Assembly: GCA_964016885.1 (NCBI GenBank)
Contig: OZ024744.1
Coordinates: 123,814,001-123,878,000 of the forward strand
Reading direction: 5' to 3'
Origin: Eledone cirrhosa
Taxonomy: Eukaryota
DNA length: 64,000 bases
Shown here: positions 21,901 through 36,900 of the stretch, in pieces
How the letters are laid out: every line of letters starts with the position of its first letter
Numbering within the stretch: the first letter of the stretch is position 1
Notes under the pieces: generated by a model
Databases searched by the model: none
What the model saw: the letters and a program-made list of their open reading frames with translations, nothing else
What the model was told of the DNA's origin: nothing
Program-made: the position numbers and the translations under genes

Positions 21901-24900
21901 AAAGGGTTAATGACATAGACAGTGTCTTTCATTAGAAATATGGTAATGAAAGGGTTAATGACATAGTGTTTTTGATTAGAAATATGGTAATGAAAGGGTT
22001 AATGACATAGTGTTTTTGATTAGATATATGGTAATGTAAGGGTTAATGACATAGACAGGGTCTTTCATTAGAAATATGGTAATGTAAGGATTAATGACAT
22101 AGACAGGGTCTTTCATTAGAAATATGTTAATGAAAGGGTTAATGACATGGACAGTGTCTTTCATTAGAAATATGGTAATGGAATGGTTAAATATGGTAAT
22201 GGAATGGTTACATTAGAACATGGTAATGAAAGGGTTAATGACATAGACAGTGTCTTTCATTAGAAATATGGTAAATGAAAGGGTTAATGACATAGTGTCT
22301 TTCATTAGAAATATGGTAATGAAAGGGTTAAAGACATAGACTATCTTTCATTAGAAATATGGTAGTGAAAGGGTTAATGACATAGACAGGGTCTTTCATT
22401 AGAAATATGGTAATGAAAGGTTTAATGACATAGACAGTGTCTTTCATTAGAAATATGGTAATGAAAGGGTTAATGACATAGACAGTGTCTTTCATTAGAA
22501 ATATGGTAGTGAAAGGGTTAATGACATAGACAGGGTCTTTCATTAGAAATATGGTAATGAAAGGTTTAATGACATAGACAGTGTCTTTCATTAGAAATAT
22601 GGTAATGAAAGGGTTAATGACATAAACAGTGTCTTTCATTAGAAATATGGTAATGAAAGGGTTAATGACATAGGCAGTCTCTTTCATTACAAATATAGTA
22701 ATAAAAGGGTTAATGACATAGACTGTGTCTTTCATTAGATATATGGTAATGAAAGGGTTAATGACATAGTGTCTTTCATTAGAAATATGGTAATGAAAGT
22801 GTTAATGACATAGACAGTGTCTTTCATTAGATATATAGTAATGAAAGGGTTAATGACATAGTCTTTCATTACAAATATGGTAATGAAAGGGTTAATGACA
22901 TAGACAGTGTCTTTCATTAGAAATATGGTAATGAAAGGGTTGACATAGACAGTGTCTTTCATTAGAAATATGGTAATGAAAGGGTTAATGACATAAACAG
23001 TGTCTTTCATTAGATATATGGTAATGAAAGGGTTAATGACATAGTGTTTTTCATTAGAAATATGGTAATGAAAGGGTTAATGACATAGACAGTGTCTTTC
23101 ATTAGAAATATCCTAATGAAAGGGCTAATGACATAAACAGTGTCTTTCGTTAGAAATATGTTAATGAAAGGGTTAATGACATAGTGTTTTTGATTAGAAA
23201 TGTGGTAATGAAAGGGTTAATGACTTAGACAGTGTCTTTCATTAGAAATATGGTTATGGAATGGTTAAATATGGTAATGGAATGGTTACATTAGAAATAT
23301 GGTAATGAAAGGGTTAATGACATAGTGTTTTTGATTAGAAATATGGTAATGAAAGGGTTAATGACATAGAGAGTGTCTTTCATTAGAAATATGGTAATGA
23401 AAGGGTTAATGACATAGTGTTTTTGATTAGAAATATGGTAATGAAAGGGTTAATGACATAGTGTTTTTGATTAGATATATGGTAATGTAAGGGTTAATGA
23501 CATAGACAGGGTCTTTCATTAGAAATATGGTAATGTAAGGATTAATGACATAGACAGGGTCTTTCATTAGAAATATGTTAATGAAAGGGTTAATGACATG
23601 GACAGTGTCTTTCATTAGAAATATGGTAATGGAATGGTTAAATATGGTAATGGAATGGTTACATTAGAATATGGTAATGAAAGGGTTAATGACATAGACA
23701 GTGTCTTTCATTAGAAATATGGTAAATGAATGGGTTAATGACATAGTGTCTTTCATTAGAAATATGGTAATGAAAAGGTTAAAGACATAGACTATCTTTC
23801 ATTAGAAATATGGTAGTGAAAGGGTTAATGACATAGACAGTGTCTTTCATTAGAATATGGTAATGAAAGGGCTAATGACATAAACAGTGTCTTTCGTTAG
23901 AAATATGGTAATGAAAGGGTTAATGACATAGTGTCTTTCATTAGAAATATGGTAATGAAACGGATAATGACATAGACAGTGTCTTTCATTAGAAATATGG
24001 TAATGAAAGGGTTAATGACATAGACAGTGTCTTTCATTAGAAATATGGTAGTGAAAGGGTTAATGACATAGACAGGGTCTTTCATTAGAAATATGGTAAT
24101 GAAAGGTTTAATGACATAGACAGTGTCTTTCATTAGAAATATGGTAATGAAAGGGTTAATGACATAAACAGTGTCTTTCATTAGAAATATGGTAATGAAA
24201 GGGTTAATGACATAGGCAGTCTCTTTCATTACAAATATGGTAATAAAAGGGTTAATGACATAGACAGTGTCTTTCATTAGATATATGGTAATGAAAGGGT
24301 TAATGACATAGTGTCTTTCATTAGAAATATGGTAATGAAAGTGTTAATGACATAGACAGTGTCTTTCATTAGAAATATGGTAATGGAATGGTTAAATATG
24401 ATAATGGAATGGTTACATTAGAAATATGGTAATGAAAGGGTTAATGGCATAGACAGTGTCTTTCATTAGAAATATGGTAATGAAAGGGTTAATGGCATAG
24501 ACAGTGTCTTTCATTAGAAATATGGTAATGAAAGGGTTAATGACATAGTGTTTTTCATTAGAACATGGTAATGAAAGGGCTAATGACATAAACAGTTTCT
24601 TTCGTTAGAAATGTGGAAATGAAAGGGTTAATGACTTAGACAGTCTTTCATTACAAATATGGTAATGAAAGGGTTAATGACATAGACAGTGTCTTTCATT
24701 AGAAATATGGTAATGAAAGGGTTAATGACTTAGACAGTCTTTCATTAGATATATGGTAATGAAAGGGTTAATGACATAGTGTCTTTCATTAGAAATATGG
24801 TAGTGAAAGGATTAATGACATAGACAGTGTCTTTCATTAGAAATATGGTAATGAAAGGGTTAGTGACATAGGCAGTCTCTTTCATTACAAATATGGTAAT

Positions 24901-27900
24901 GAAAGGGTTAATGACTTAGACAGTCTTTCATTAGAAATATGGTAATGAAAAGGTTAATGACATAGTGTTTTTCATTAGAACATGGTAATGAAAGGGCTAA
25001 TGACATAAACAGTGTCTTTCGTTAGAAATGTGGTAATGAAAGGGTTAATGACTTAGACAGTCTTTCATTACAAATATGGTAATGAAAGGGTTAATGACAT
25101 AGACAGTGTCTTTCATTAGAAATATGGTAATGAAAGGGTTAATGACTTAGACAGTCTTTCATTAGATATATGGTAATGAAAGGGTTAATGACATAGTGTC
25201 TTTCATTAGAAATATGGTAATGAAAGGGTTAATGACATAGACAGTGTCTTTCATTAGAAATATGGTAATGAAAGGGTTAGTGACATAGGCAGTCTCTTTC
25301 ATTACAAATATGGTAATGAAAGGGTTAATGACATAGACAGTGTCTTTCATTAGATATATGGTAATGAAAGGGTTAATGACATAGAGTCTTTCATTAGAAA
25401 TATGGTAATGAAAGGGTTAATGACATAGACAGTGTCTTTCATTAGAAATATGGTAATGAAAGGTTTAATGACATAGACAGTGTCTTTCATTAGAAATATG
25501 GTAATTAAAGGGTTAATGACATAAACAGTGTCTTTCATTAGAAATATGGTAATGAAAGGGTTAATGACATAGGCAGTCTCTTTCATTACAAATATGGTAA
25601 TAAAAGGGTTAATGACATAGACTGTGTCTTTCATTAGATATATGGTAATGAAAGGGTTAATGACATAGTGTCTTTCATTAGAAATATGGTAATGAAAGTG
25701 TTAATGACATAGACAGTGTCTTTCATTAGAAATATGGTAATGGAATGGTTAAATATGGTAATGGAATGGTTACATTAGAAATATGGTAATGAAAGGGTTA
25801 ATGGCATAGACAGTGTCTTTCATTAGAAATATGGTAATGAAAGGGTTAATGGCATAGACAGTGTCTTTCATTAGAAATATGGTAATGAAAGGGTTAATGA
25901 CATAGACAGTGTCTTTCATTAGATATATAGTAATGAAAGGGTTAATGACATAGACAGTGTCTTTCATGAGAAATATGGTAATTAAAGGGTTAATGACATA
26001 GACAGTGTCTTTCATTTGAAATATGGTAAATGAAAGGGTTAAAGACATAGACAGTGTCTTACATTAGAAATATAGTAGTGAAAGGGTTAATCACATAGAT
26101 AGTGTCTTTCATTAGAATATGGTAATGAAAGGGTTAATGACATAGACAGTGTCTTTCATTAGAAATATGGTAATGAAAGTGTTAATGACATAGACACTGT
26201 CTTTCATTAGAAATATGGTAAATGAAAGGGCTAATGACATAAACAGTGTCTTTCGTTAGAAATATGGTAATGAAAGGGTTAATGACATAGTGTTTTTGAT
26301 TAGAAATATGGTAATGAAAGGGTTAATGACATAGACAGTGTCTTTCATTAGAAATATGGTAATGAAAGGGTTAATGACATAGTGTTTTTGATTAGAAATA
26401 TGGTAATGAAAGGGTTAATGACATAGTGTTTTTGATTAGATATATGGTAATGTAAGGGTTAATGACATAGACAGGGTCTTTCATTAGAAATATGGTAATG
26501 TAAATATTAATGACATAGACAGGGTCTTTCATTAGAAATATGTTAATGAAAGGGTTAATGACATGGACAGTGTCTTTCCTTAGAAATATGGTAATGGAAT
26601 GGTTAAATATGGTAATGGAATGGTTACATTAGAATATGGTAATGAAAGGGTTAATGATATAGACAGTGTCTTTCATTAGAAATATGGTAAATGAAAGGGT
26701 TAATGACATAGTGTCTTTCATTAGAAATATGGTAATGAAAGGGTTAAAGACATAGACTATCTTTCATTAGAAATATGGTAGTGAAAGGGTTAATGACATA
26801 GACAGTGTCTTTCATTAGAATATGGTAATGAAAGGGCTAATGACATAAACAGTGTCTTTCGTTAGAAACATGGTAATGAAAGGGTTAATGACATAGTGTT
26901 TTCGATTAGAAATATGGTAATGAAACGGATAATGACATAGACAGTGTCTTTCATTAGAAATATGGTAATGAAAGGGTTAATGACATAGACAGTGTCTTTC
27001 ATTAGAAATATGGTAGTGAAAGGGTTAATGACATAGACAGGGTCTTTCATTAGAAATATGGTAATGAAAGGTTTAATGACATAGACAGTGTCTTTCATTA
27101 GAAATATGGTAATGAAAGGGTTAATGACATAAACAGTGTCTTTCATTAGAAATATGGTAATGAAAGGGTTAATGACATAGGCAGTCTCTTTCATTACAAA
27201 TATGGTAATAAAAGGGTTAATGACATAGACAGCGTCTTTCATTAGATATATGGTAATGAAAGGGTTAATGACATAGTGTCTTTCATTAGAAATATGGTAA
27301 TGAAAGTGTTAATGAGATAGACAGTGTCTTTCATTAGAAACATGGTAATGGAATGGTTAAATATGGTCATGGAATGGTTACATTAGAAATATGGTAATGA
27401 AAGGGTTAATGGCATAGACAGTGTCTTTCATTAGAAATATGGTAATGAAAGGGTTAATGGCATAGACAGTGTCTTTCATTAGAAATATGGTAATGAAAGG
27501 GTTAATGACATAGTGTTTTTCATTAGAACATGGTAATGAAAGGGCTAATGACATAAACAGTGTCTTTCATTTGAAATGTGGTAATGAAAGGGTTAATGAC
27601 TTAGACAGTGTCTTTCATTAGAAATATGGTAATGAAAGGGTTAATGACTTAGACAGTCTTTCGTTAGATATATGGTAATGAAAGGGTTAATGACATAGTG
27701 TCTTTCATTAGAAATATGGTAATGAAAGGGTTAATGACATAGACAGTGTCTTTCATTAGAAATATGGTAATGAAAGGGTTAGTGACATAGGCAGTCTCTT
27801 TCATTACAAATATGGTAATGAAAGGGTTAATGACATAGACAGTGTCTTTCATTAGATATATGGTAATGAAAGGGTTAATGACATAGAGTCTTTCATTAGA

Positions 27901-30900
27901 AATATGGTAATGAAAGGGTTAATGAAATAGACAGTGTCTTTCATTAGAAATATGGTAATGAAAGGGTTGACATAGACAGTGTCTTTCATTAGAAATATGG
28001 TAATCGAAGGGTTAATGACATAAACAGTGTCTTTCATTAGATATATGGTAATGAAAGGGTTAATGACATAGTGTTTTTCATTAGAAATATGGTAATGAAA
28101 GGGTTAATGACATAGACGGTGTCTTTCATTAGAAATATGGTAATGTAAGGGTTAATGACATAGTGTTTTTCATTAGAAATATAGTAATGAAAGGGTTAAT
28201 GACATAAATAGTGTCTTTCATTAGAAATATGCTAATGAAAGGGCTAATGACATAAACAGTATCTTTCGTTAGAAATATGTTAATGAAAGGGTTAATGACA
28301 TAGTGTTTTTGATTAGAAATGTGGTAATGAAAGGGTTAATGACTTAGACAGTGTCTTTCATTAGAAATATGGTTATGGAATGGTTAAATATGGTAATGGA
28401 ATGGTTACATTAGAAATATGGTAATGAAAGGGTTAATGTCATAGACAGTGTCTTTCATTAGAAATATGCTAATGAAAGTGTTAATGACATAGACACTGTC
28501 TTTCATTAGAAATATGGTAAATGAAAGGGCTAATGACATAAACAGTGTCTTTCGTTAGAAATATGGTAATGAAAGGGTTAATGACATAGTGTTTTTGATT
28601 AGAAATATGGTAATGAAAGGGTTAATGACATAGACAGTGTCTTTCATTAGAAATATGGTAATGAAAGGGTTAATGACATAGTGTTTTTGATTAGAAATAT
28701 GGTAATGAAAGGGTTAATGACATAGTGTTTTTGATTAGATATATGGTAATGTAAGGGTTAATGACATAGACAGGGTCTTTCATTAGAAATATGGTAATGT
28801 AAGGATTAATGACATAGACAGGGTCTTTCATTAGAAATATGTTAATGAAAGGGTTAATGACATGGACAGTGTCTTTCATTAGAAATATGGTAATGGAATG
28901 GTTAAATATGGTAATGGAATGGTTACATTAGAACATGGTAATGAAAGGGTTAATGACATAGACAGTGTCTTTCATTAGAAATATGGTAAATGAAAGGGTT
29001 AATGACATAGTGTCTTTCATTAGAAATATGGTAATGAAAGGGTTAAAGACATAGACTATCTTTCATTAGAAATATGGTAGTGAAAGGGTTAATGACATAG
29101 ACAGGGTCTTTCATTAGAAATATGGTAATGAAAGGTTTAATGACATAGACAGTGTCTTTCATTAGAAATATGGTAATGAAAGGGTTAATGACATAGACAG
29201 TGTCTTTCATTAGAAATATGGTAGTGAAAGGGTTAATGACATAGACAGGGTCTTTCATTAGAAATATGGTAATGAAAGGTTTAATGACATAGACAGTGTC
29301 TTTCATTAGAAATATGGTAATGAAAGGGTTAATGACATAAACAGTGTCTTTCATTAGAAATATGGTAATGAAAGGGTTAATGACATAGGCAGTCTCTTTC
29401 ATTACAAATATAGTAATAAAAGGGTTAATGACATAGACTGTGTCTTTCATTAGATATATGGTAATGAAAGGGTTAATGACATAGTGTCTTTCATTAGAAA
29501 TATGGTAATGAAAGTGTTAATGACATAGACAGTGTCTTTCATTAGATATATAGTAATGAAAGGGTTAATGACATAGTCTTTCATTACAAATATGGTAATG
29601 AAAGGGTTAATGACATAGACAGTGTCTTTCATTAGAAATATGGTAATGAAAGGGTTGACATAGACAGTGTCTTTCATTAGAAATATGGTAATGAAAGGGT
29701 TAATGACATAAACAGTGTCTTTCATTAGATATATGGTAATGAAAGGGTTAATGACATAGTGTTTTTCATTAGAAATATGGTAATGAAAGGGTTAATGACA
29801 TAGACAGTGTTTTTCATTAGAAATATGGTAATGTAAGGGTTAATGACATAGTGTTTTTCATTAGAAATATAGTAATGAAAGGGTTAATGACATAAATAGT
29901 GTCTTTCATTAGAAATATCCTAATGAAAGGGCTAATGACATAAACAGTGTCTTTCGTTAGAAATATGTTAATGAAAGGGTTAATGACATAGTGTTTTTGA
30001 TTAGAAATGTGGTAATGAAAGGGTTAATGACTTAGACAGTGTCTTTCATTAGAAATATGGTTATGGAATGGTTAAATATGGTAATGGAATGGTTACATTA
30101 GAAATATGGTAATGAAAGGGTTAATGACATAGTGTTTTTGATTAGAAATATGGTAATGAAAGGGTTAATGACATAGAGAGTGTCTTTCATTAGAAATATG
30201 GTAATGAAAGGGTTAATGACATAGTGTTTTTGATTAGAAATATGGTAATGAAAGGGTTAATGACATAGTGTTTTTGATTAGATATATGGTAATGTAAGGG
30301 TTAATGACATAGACAGGGTCTTTCATTAGAAATATGGTAATGTAAGGATTAATGACATAGACAGGGTCTTTCATTAGAAATATGTTAATGAAAGGGTTAA
30401 TGACATGGACAGTGTCTTTCATTAGAAATATGGTAATGGAATGGTTAAATATGGTAATGGAATGGTTACATTAGAATATGGTAATGAAAGGGTTAATGAC
30501 ATAGACAGTGTCTTTCATTAGAAATATGGTAAATGAATGGGTTAATGACATAGTGTCTTTCATTAGAAATATGGTAATGAAAAGGTTAAAGACATAGACT
30601 ATCTTTCATTAGAAATATGGTAGTGAAAGGGTTAATGACATAGACAGTGTCTTTCATTAGAATATGGTAATGAAAGGGCTAATGACATAAACAGTGTCTT
30701 TCGTTAGAAATATGGTAATGAAAGGGTTAATGACATAGTGTCTTTCATTAGAAATATGGTAATGAAACGGATAATGACATAGACAGTGTCTTTCATTAGA
30801 AATATGGTAATGAAAGGGTTAATGACATAGACAGTGTCTTTCATTAGAAATATGGTAGTGAAAGGGTTAATGACATAGACAGGGTCTTTCATTAGAAATA

Positions 30901-33900
30901 TGGTAATGAAAGGTTTAATGACATAGACAGTGTCTTTCATTAGAAATATGGTAATGAAAGGGTTAATGACATAAACAGTGTCTTTCATTAGAAATATGGT
31001 AATGAAAGGGTTAATGACATAGGCAGTCTCTTTCATTACAAATATGGTAATAAAAGGGTTAATGACATAGACAGTGTCTTTCATTAGATATATGGTAATG
31101 AAAGGGTTAATGACATAGTGTCTTTCATTAGAAATATGGTAATGAAAGTGTTAATGACATAGACAGTGTCTTTCATTAGAAATATGGTAATGGAATGGTT
31201 AAATATGATAATGGAATGGTTACATTAGAAATATGGTAATGAAAGGGTTAATGGCATAGACAGTGTCTTTCATTAGAAATATGGTAATGAAAGGGTTAAT
31301 GGCATAGACAGTGTCTTTCATTAGAAATATGGTAATGAAAGGGTTAATGACATAGTGTTTTTCATTAGAACATGGTAATGAAAGGGCTAATGACATAAAC
31401 AGTTTCTTTCGTTAGAAATGTGGAAATGAAAGGGTTAATGACTTAGACAGTCTTTCATTACAAATATGGTAATGAAAGGGTTAATGACATAGACAGTGTC
31501 TTTCATTAGAAATATGGTAATGAAAGGGTTAATGACTTAGACAGTCTTTCATTAGATATATGGTAATGAAAGGGTTAATGACATAGTGTCTTTCATTAGA
31601 AATATGGTAGTGAAAGGATTAATGACATAGACAGTGTCTTTCATTAGAAATATGGTAATGAAAGGGTTAGTGACATAGGCAGTCTCTTTCATTACAAATA
31701 TGGTAATGAAAGGGTTAATGACTTAGACAGTCTTTCATTAGAAATATGGTAATGAAAAGGTTAATGACATAGTGTTTTTCATTAGAACATGGTAATGAAA
31801 GGGCTAATGACATAAACAGTGTCTTTCGTTAGAAATGTGGTAATGAAAGGGTTAATGACTTAGACAGTCTTTCATTACAAATATGGTAATGAAAGGGTTA
31901 ATGACATAGACAGTGTCTTTCATTAGAAATATGGTAATGAAAGGGTTAATGACTTAGACAGTCTTTCATTAGATATATGGTAATGAAAGGGTTAATGACA
32001 TAGTGTCTTTCATTAGAAATATGGTAATGAAAGGGTTAATGACATAGACAGTGTCTTTCATTAGAAATATGGTAATGAAAGGGTTAGTGACATAGGCAGT
32101 CTCTTTCATTACAAATATGGTAATGAAAGGGTTAATGACATAGACAGTGTCTTTCATTAGATATATGGTAATGAAAGGGTTAATGACATAGAGTCTTTCA
32201 TTAGAAATATGGTAATGAAAGGGTTAATGACATAGACAGTGTCTTTCATTAGAAATATGGTAATGAAAGGTTTAATGACATAGACAGTGTCTTTCATTAG
32301 AAATATGGTAATTAAAGGGTTAATGACATAAACAGTGTCTTTCATTAGAAATATGGTAATGAAAGGGTTAATGACATAGGCAGTCTCTTTCATTACAAAT
32401 ATGGTAATAAAAGGGTTAATGACATAGACTGTGTCTTTCATTAGATATATGGTAATGAAAGGGTTAATGACATAGTGTCTTTCATTAGAAATATGGTAAT
32501 GAAAGTGTTAATGACATAGACAGTGTCTTTCATTAGAAATATGGTAATGGAATGGTTAAATATGGTAATGGAATGGTTACATTAGAAATATGGTAATGAA
32601 AGGGTTAATGGCATAGACAGTGTCTTTCATTAGAAATATGGTAATGAAAGGGTTAATGGCATAGACAGTGTCTTTCATTAGAAATATGGTAATGAAAGGG
32701 TTAATGACATAGACAGTGTCTTTCATTAGATATATAGTAATGAAAGGGTTAATGACATAGACAGTGTCTTTCATGAGAAATATGGTAATTAAAGGGTTAA
32801 TGACATAGACAGTGTCTTTCATTTGAAATATGGTAAATGAAAGGGTTAAAGACATAGACAGTGTCTTACATTAGAAATATAGTAGTGAAAGGGTTAATCA
32901 CATAGATAGTGTCTTTCATTAGAATATGGTAATGAAAGGGTTAATGACATAGACAGTGTCTTTCATTAGAAATATGGTAATGAAAGTGTTAATGACATAG
33001 ACACTGTCTTTCATTAGAAATATGGTAAATGAAAGGGCTAATGACATAAACAGTGTCTTTCGTTAGAAATATGGTAATGAAAGGGTTAATGACATAGTGT
33101 TTTTGATTAGAAATATGGTAATGAAAGGGTTAATGACATAGACAGTGTCTTTCATTAGAAATATGGTAATGAAAGGGTTAATGACATAGTGTTTTTGATT
33201 AGAAATATGGTAATGAAAGGGTTAATGACATAGTGTTTTTGATTAGATATATGGTAATGTAAGGGTTAATGACATAGACAGGGTCTTTCATTAGAAATAT
33301 GGTAATGTAAAGATTAATGACATAGACAGGGTCTTTCATTAGAAATATGTTAATGAAAGGGTTAATGACATGGACAGTGTCTTTCCTTAGAAATATGGTA
33401 ATGGAATGGTTAAATATGGTAATGGAATGGTTACATTAGAATATGGTAATGAAAGGGTTAATGACATAGACAGTGTCTTTCATTAGAAATATGGTAAATG
33501 AAAGGGTTAATGACATAGTGTCTTTCATTAGAAATATGGTAATGAAAGGGTTAAAGACATAGACTATCTTTCATTAGAAATATGGTAGTGAAAGGGTTAA
33601 TGACATAGACAGTGTCTTTCATTAGAATATGGTAATGAAAGGGCTAATGACATAAACAGTGTCTTTCGTTAGAAATATGGTAATGAAAGGGTTAATGACA
33701 TAGTGTTTTCGATTAGAAATATGGTAATGAAACGGATAATGACATAGACAGTGTCTTTCATTAGAAATATGGTAATGAAAGGGTTAATAACATAGACAGT
33801 GTCTTTCATTAGAAATATGGTAGTGAAAGGGTTAATGACATAGACAGGGTCTTTCATTAGAAATATGGTAATGAAAGGGTTAATGACATAGACAGTGTCT

Positions 33901-36900
33901 TTCATTAGAAATATGGTAATGAAAGGGTTAATGACATAAACTGTGTCTTTCATTAGAAATATGGTAATGAAAGGGTTAATGACATAGGCAGTCTCTTTCA
34001 TTACAAATATGGTAATAAAAGGGTTAATGACATAGACAGTGTCTTTCATTAGATATATGGTAACGAAAGGGTTAATGACATAGTGTCTTTCATTAGAAAT
34101 ATGGTAATGAAAGTGTTAATGACATAGACAGTGTCTTTCATTAGAAATATGGTAATGGAATGGTTAAATATGGTCATGGAATGGTTACATTAGAAATATG
34201 GTAATGAAAGGGTTAATGGCATAGACAGTGTCTTTCATTAGAAATATGGTAATGAAAGGGTTAATGGCATAGACAGTGTCTTTCATTAGAAATATGGTAA
34301 TGAAAGGGTTAATGACATAGTGTTTTTCATTAGAACATGGTAATGAAAGGGCTAATGACATAAACAGTGTCTTTCGTTAGAAATGTGGTAATGAAAGGGT
34401 TAATGACTTCGACAGTCTTTCATTACAAATATGGTAATGAAAGGGTTAATGACATAGACAGTGTCTTTCATTAGAAATATGGTAATGAAAGGGTTAATGA
34501 CTTAGACAGTCTTTCATTAGATATATGGTAATGAAAGGGTTAATGACATAGTGTCTTTCATTAGAAATATGGTAATGAAAGGGTTAATGACATAGACAGT
34601 GTCTTTCATTAGAAATATGGTAATGAAAGGGTTAGTGACATAGGCAGTCTCTTTCATTACAAATATGGTAATGAAAGGGTTAATGACATAGACAGTGTCT
34701 TTCATTAGATATATGGTAATGAAAGGGTTAATGACATAGTCTTTCATTAGAAATATGGTAATGAAAGGGTTAATGAAATAGACAGTGTCTTTCATTAGAA
34801 ATATGGTAATGAAAGGGTTGACATAGACAGTGTCTTTCATTAGAAATATGGTAATGAAAGGGTTAATGACATAAACAGTGTCTTTCATTAGATATATGGT
34901 AATGAAAGGGTTAATGACATAGTGTTTTTCATTAGAAATATGGTAATGAAAGGGTTAATGACATAGACAGTGTCTTTCATTAGAAATATGGTAATGTAAG
35001 AGTTAATGACATAGTGTTTTTCATTAGAAATATTGTAATGAAAGGGTTAATGACATAAATAGTGTCTTTCATTAGAAATATGCTAATGAAAGGGCTAATG
35101 ACAAACAGTGTCTTTCGTTAGAAATATGTTAATGAAAGGGTTAATGACATAGTGTTTTTGATTAGAAATGTGGTAATGAAAGGGTTAATGACTTAGACAG
35201 TGTCTTTCATTAGAAATATGGTAATGAAAGTGTTAATGACATAGACACTGTCTTTCATTAGAAATATGGTAAATGAAAGGGCTAATGACATAAACAGTGT
35301 CTTTCGTTAGAAATATGGTAATGAAAGGGTTAATGACATAGTGTTTTTGATTAGAAATATGGTAATGAAAGGGTTAATGACATAGACAGTGTCTTTCATT
35401 AGAAATATGGTAATGAAAGGGTTAATGACATAGTGTTTTTGATTAGAAATATGGTAATGAAAGGGTTAATGACATAGTGTTTTTGATTAGATATATGGTA
35501 ATGTAAGGGTTAATGACATAGACAGGGTCTTTCATTAGAAATATGGTAATGTAAATATTAATGACATAGACAGGGTCTTTCATTAGAAATATGTTAATGA
35601 AAGGGTTAATGACATGGACAGTGTCTTTCCTTAGAAATATGGTAATGGAATGGTTAAATATGGTAATGGAATGGTTACATTAGAATATGGTAATGAAAGG
35701 GTTAATGATATAGACAGTGTCTTTCATTAGAAATATGGTAAATGAAAGGGTTAATGACATAGTGTCTTTCATTAGAAATATGGTAATGAAAGGGTTAAAG
35801 ACATATACTATCTTTCATTAGAAATATGGTAGTGAAAGGGTTAATGACATAGACAGTGTCTTTCATTAGAATATGGTAATGAAAGGGCTAATGACATAAA
35901 CAGTGTCTTTCGTTAGAAATATGGTAATGAAAGGGTTAATGACATAGTGTTTTCGATTAGAAATATGGTAATGAAACGGATAATGACATAGACAGTGTCT
36001 TTCATTAGAAATATGGTAATGAAAGGGTTAATAACATAGACAGTGTCTTTCATTAGAAATATGGTAGTGAAAGGGTTAATGACATAGACAGGGTCTTTCA
36101 TTAGAAATATGGTAATGAAAGGGTTAATGACATAGACAGTGTCTTTCATTAGAAATATGGTAATGAAAGGGTTAATGACATAAACTGTGTCTTTCATTAG
36201 AAATATGGTAATGAAAGGGTTAATGACATAGGCAGTCTCTTTCATTACAAATATGGTAATAAAAGGGTTAATGACATAGACAGTGTCTTTCATTAGATAT
36301 ATGGTAACGAAAGGGTTAATGACATAGTGTCTTTCATTAGAAATATGGTAATGAAAGTGTTAATGACATAGACAGTGTCTTTCATTAGAAATATGGTAAT
36401 GGAATGGTTAAATATGGTCATGGAATGGTTACATTAGAAATATGGTAATGAAAGGGTTAATGGCATAGACAGTGTCTTTCATTAGAAATATGGTAATGAA
36501 AGGGTTAATGGCATAGACAGTGTCTTTCATTAGAAATATGGTAATGAAAGGGTTAATGACATAGTGTTTTTCATTAGAACATGGTAATGAAAGGGCTAAT
36601 GACATAAACAGTGTCTTTCGTTAGAAATGTGGTAATGAAAGGGTTAATGACTTCGACAGTCCTTCATTACAAATATGGTAATGAAAGGGTTAATGACATA
36701 GACAGTGTCTTTCATTAGAAATATGGTAATGAAAGGGTTAATGACTTAGACAGTCTTTCATTAGATATATGGTAATGAAAGGGTTAATGACATAGTGTCT
36801 TTCATTAGAAATATGGTAATGAAAGGGTTAATGACATAGACAGTGTCTTTCATTAGAAATATGGTAATGAAAGGGTTAGTGATATAGGCAGTCTCTTTCA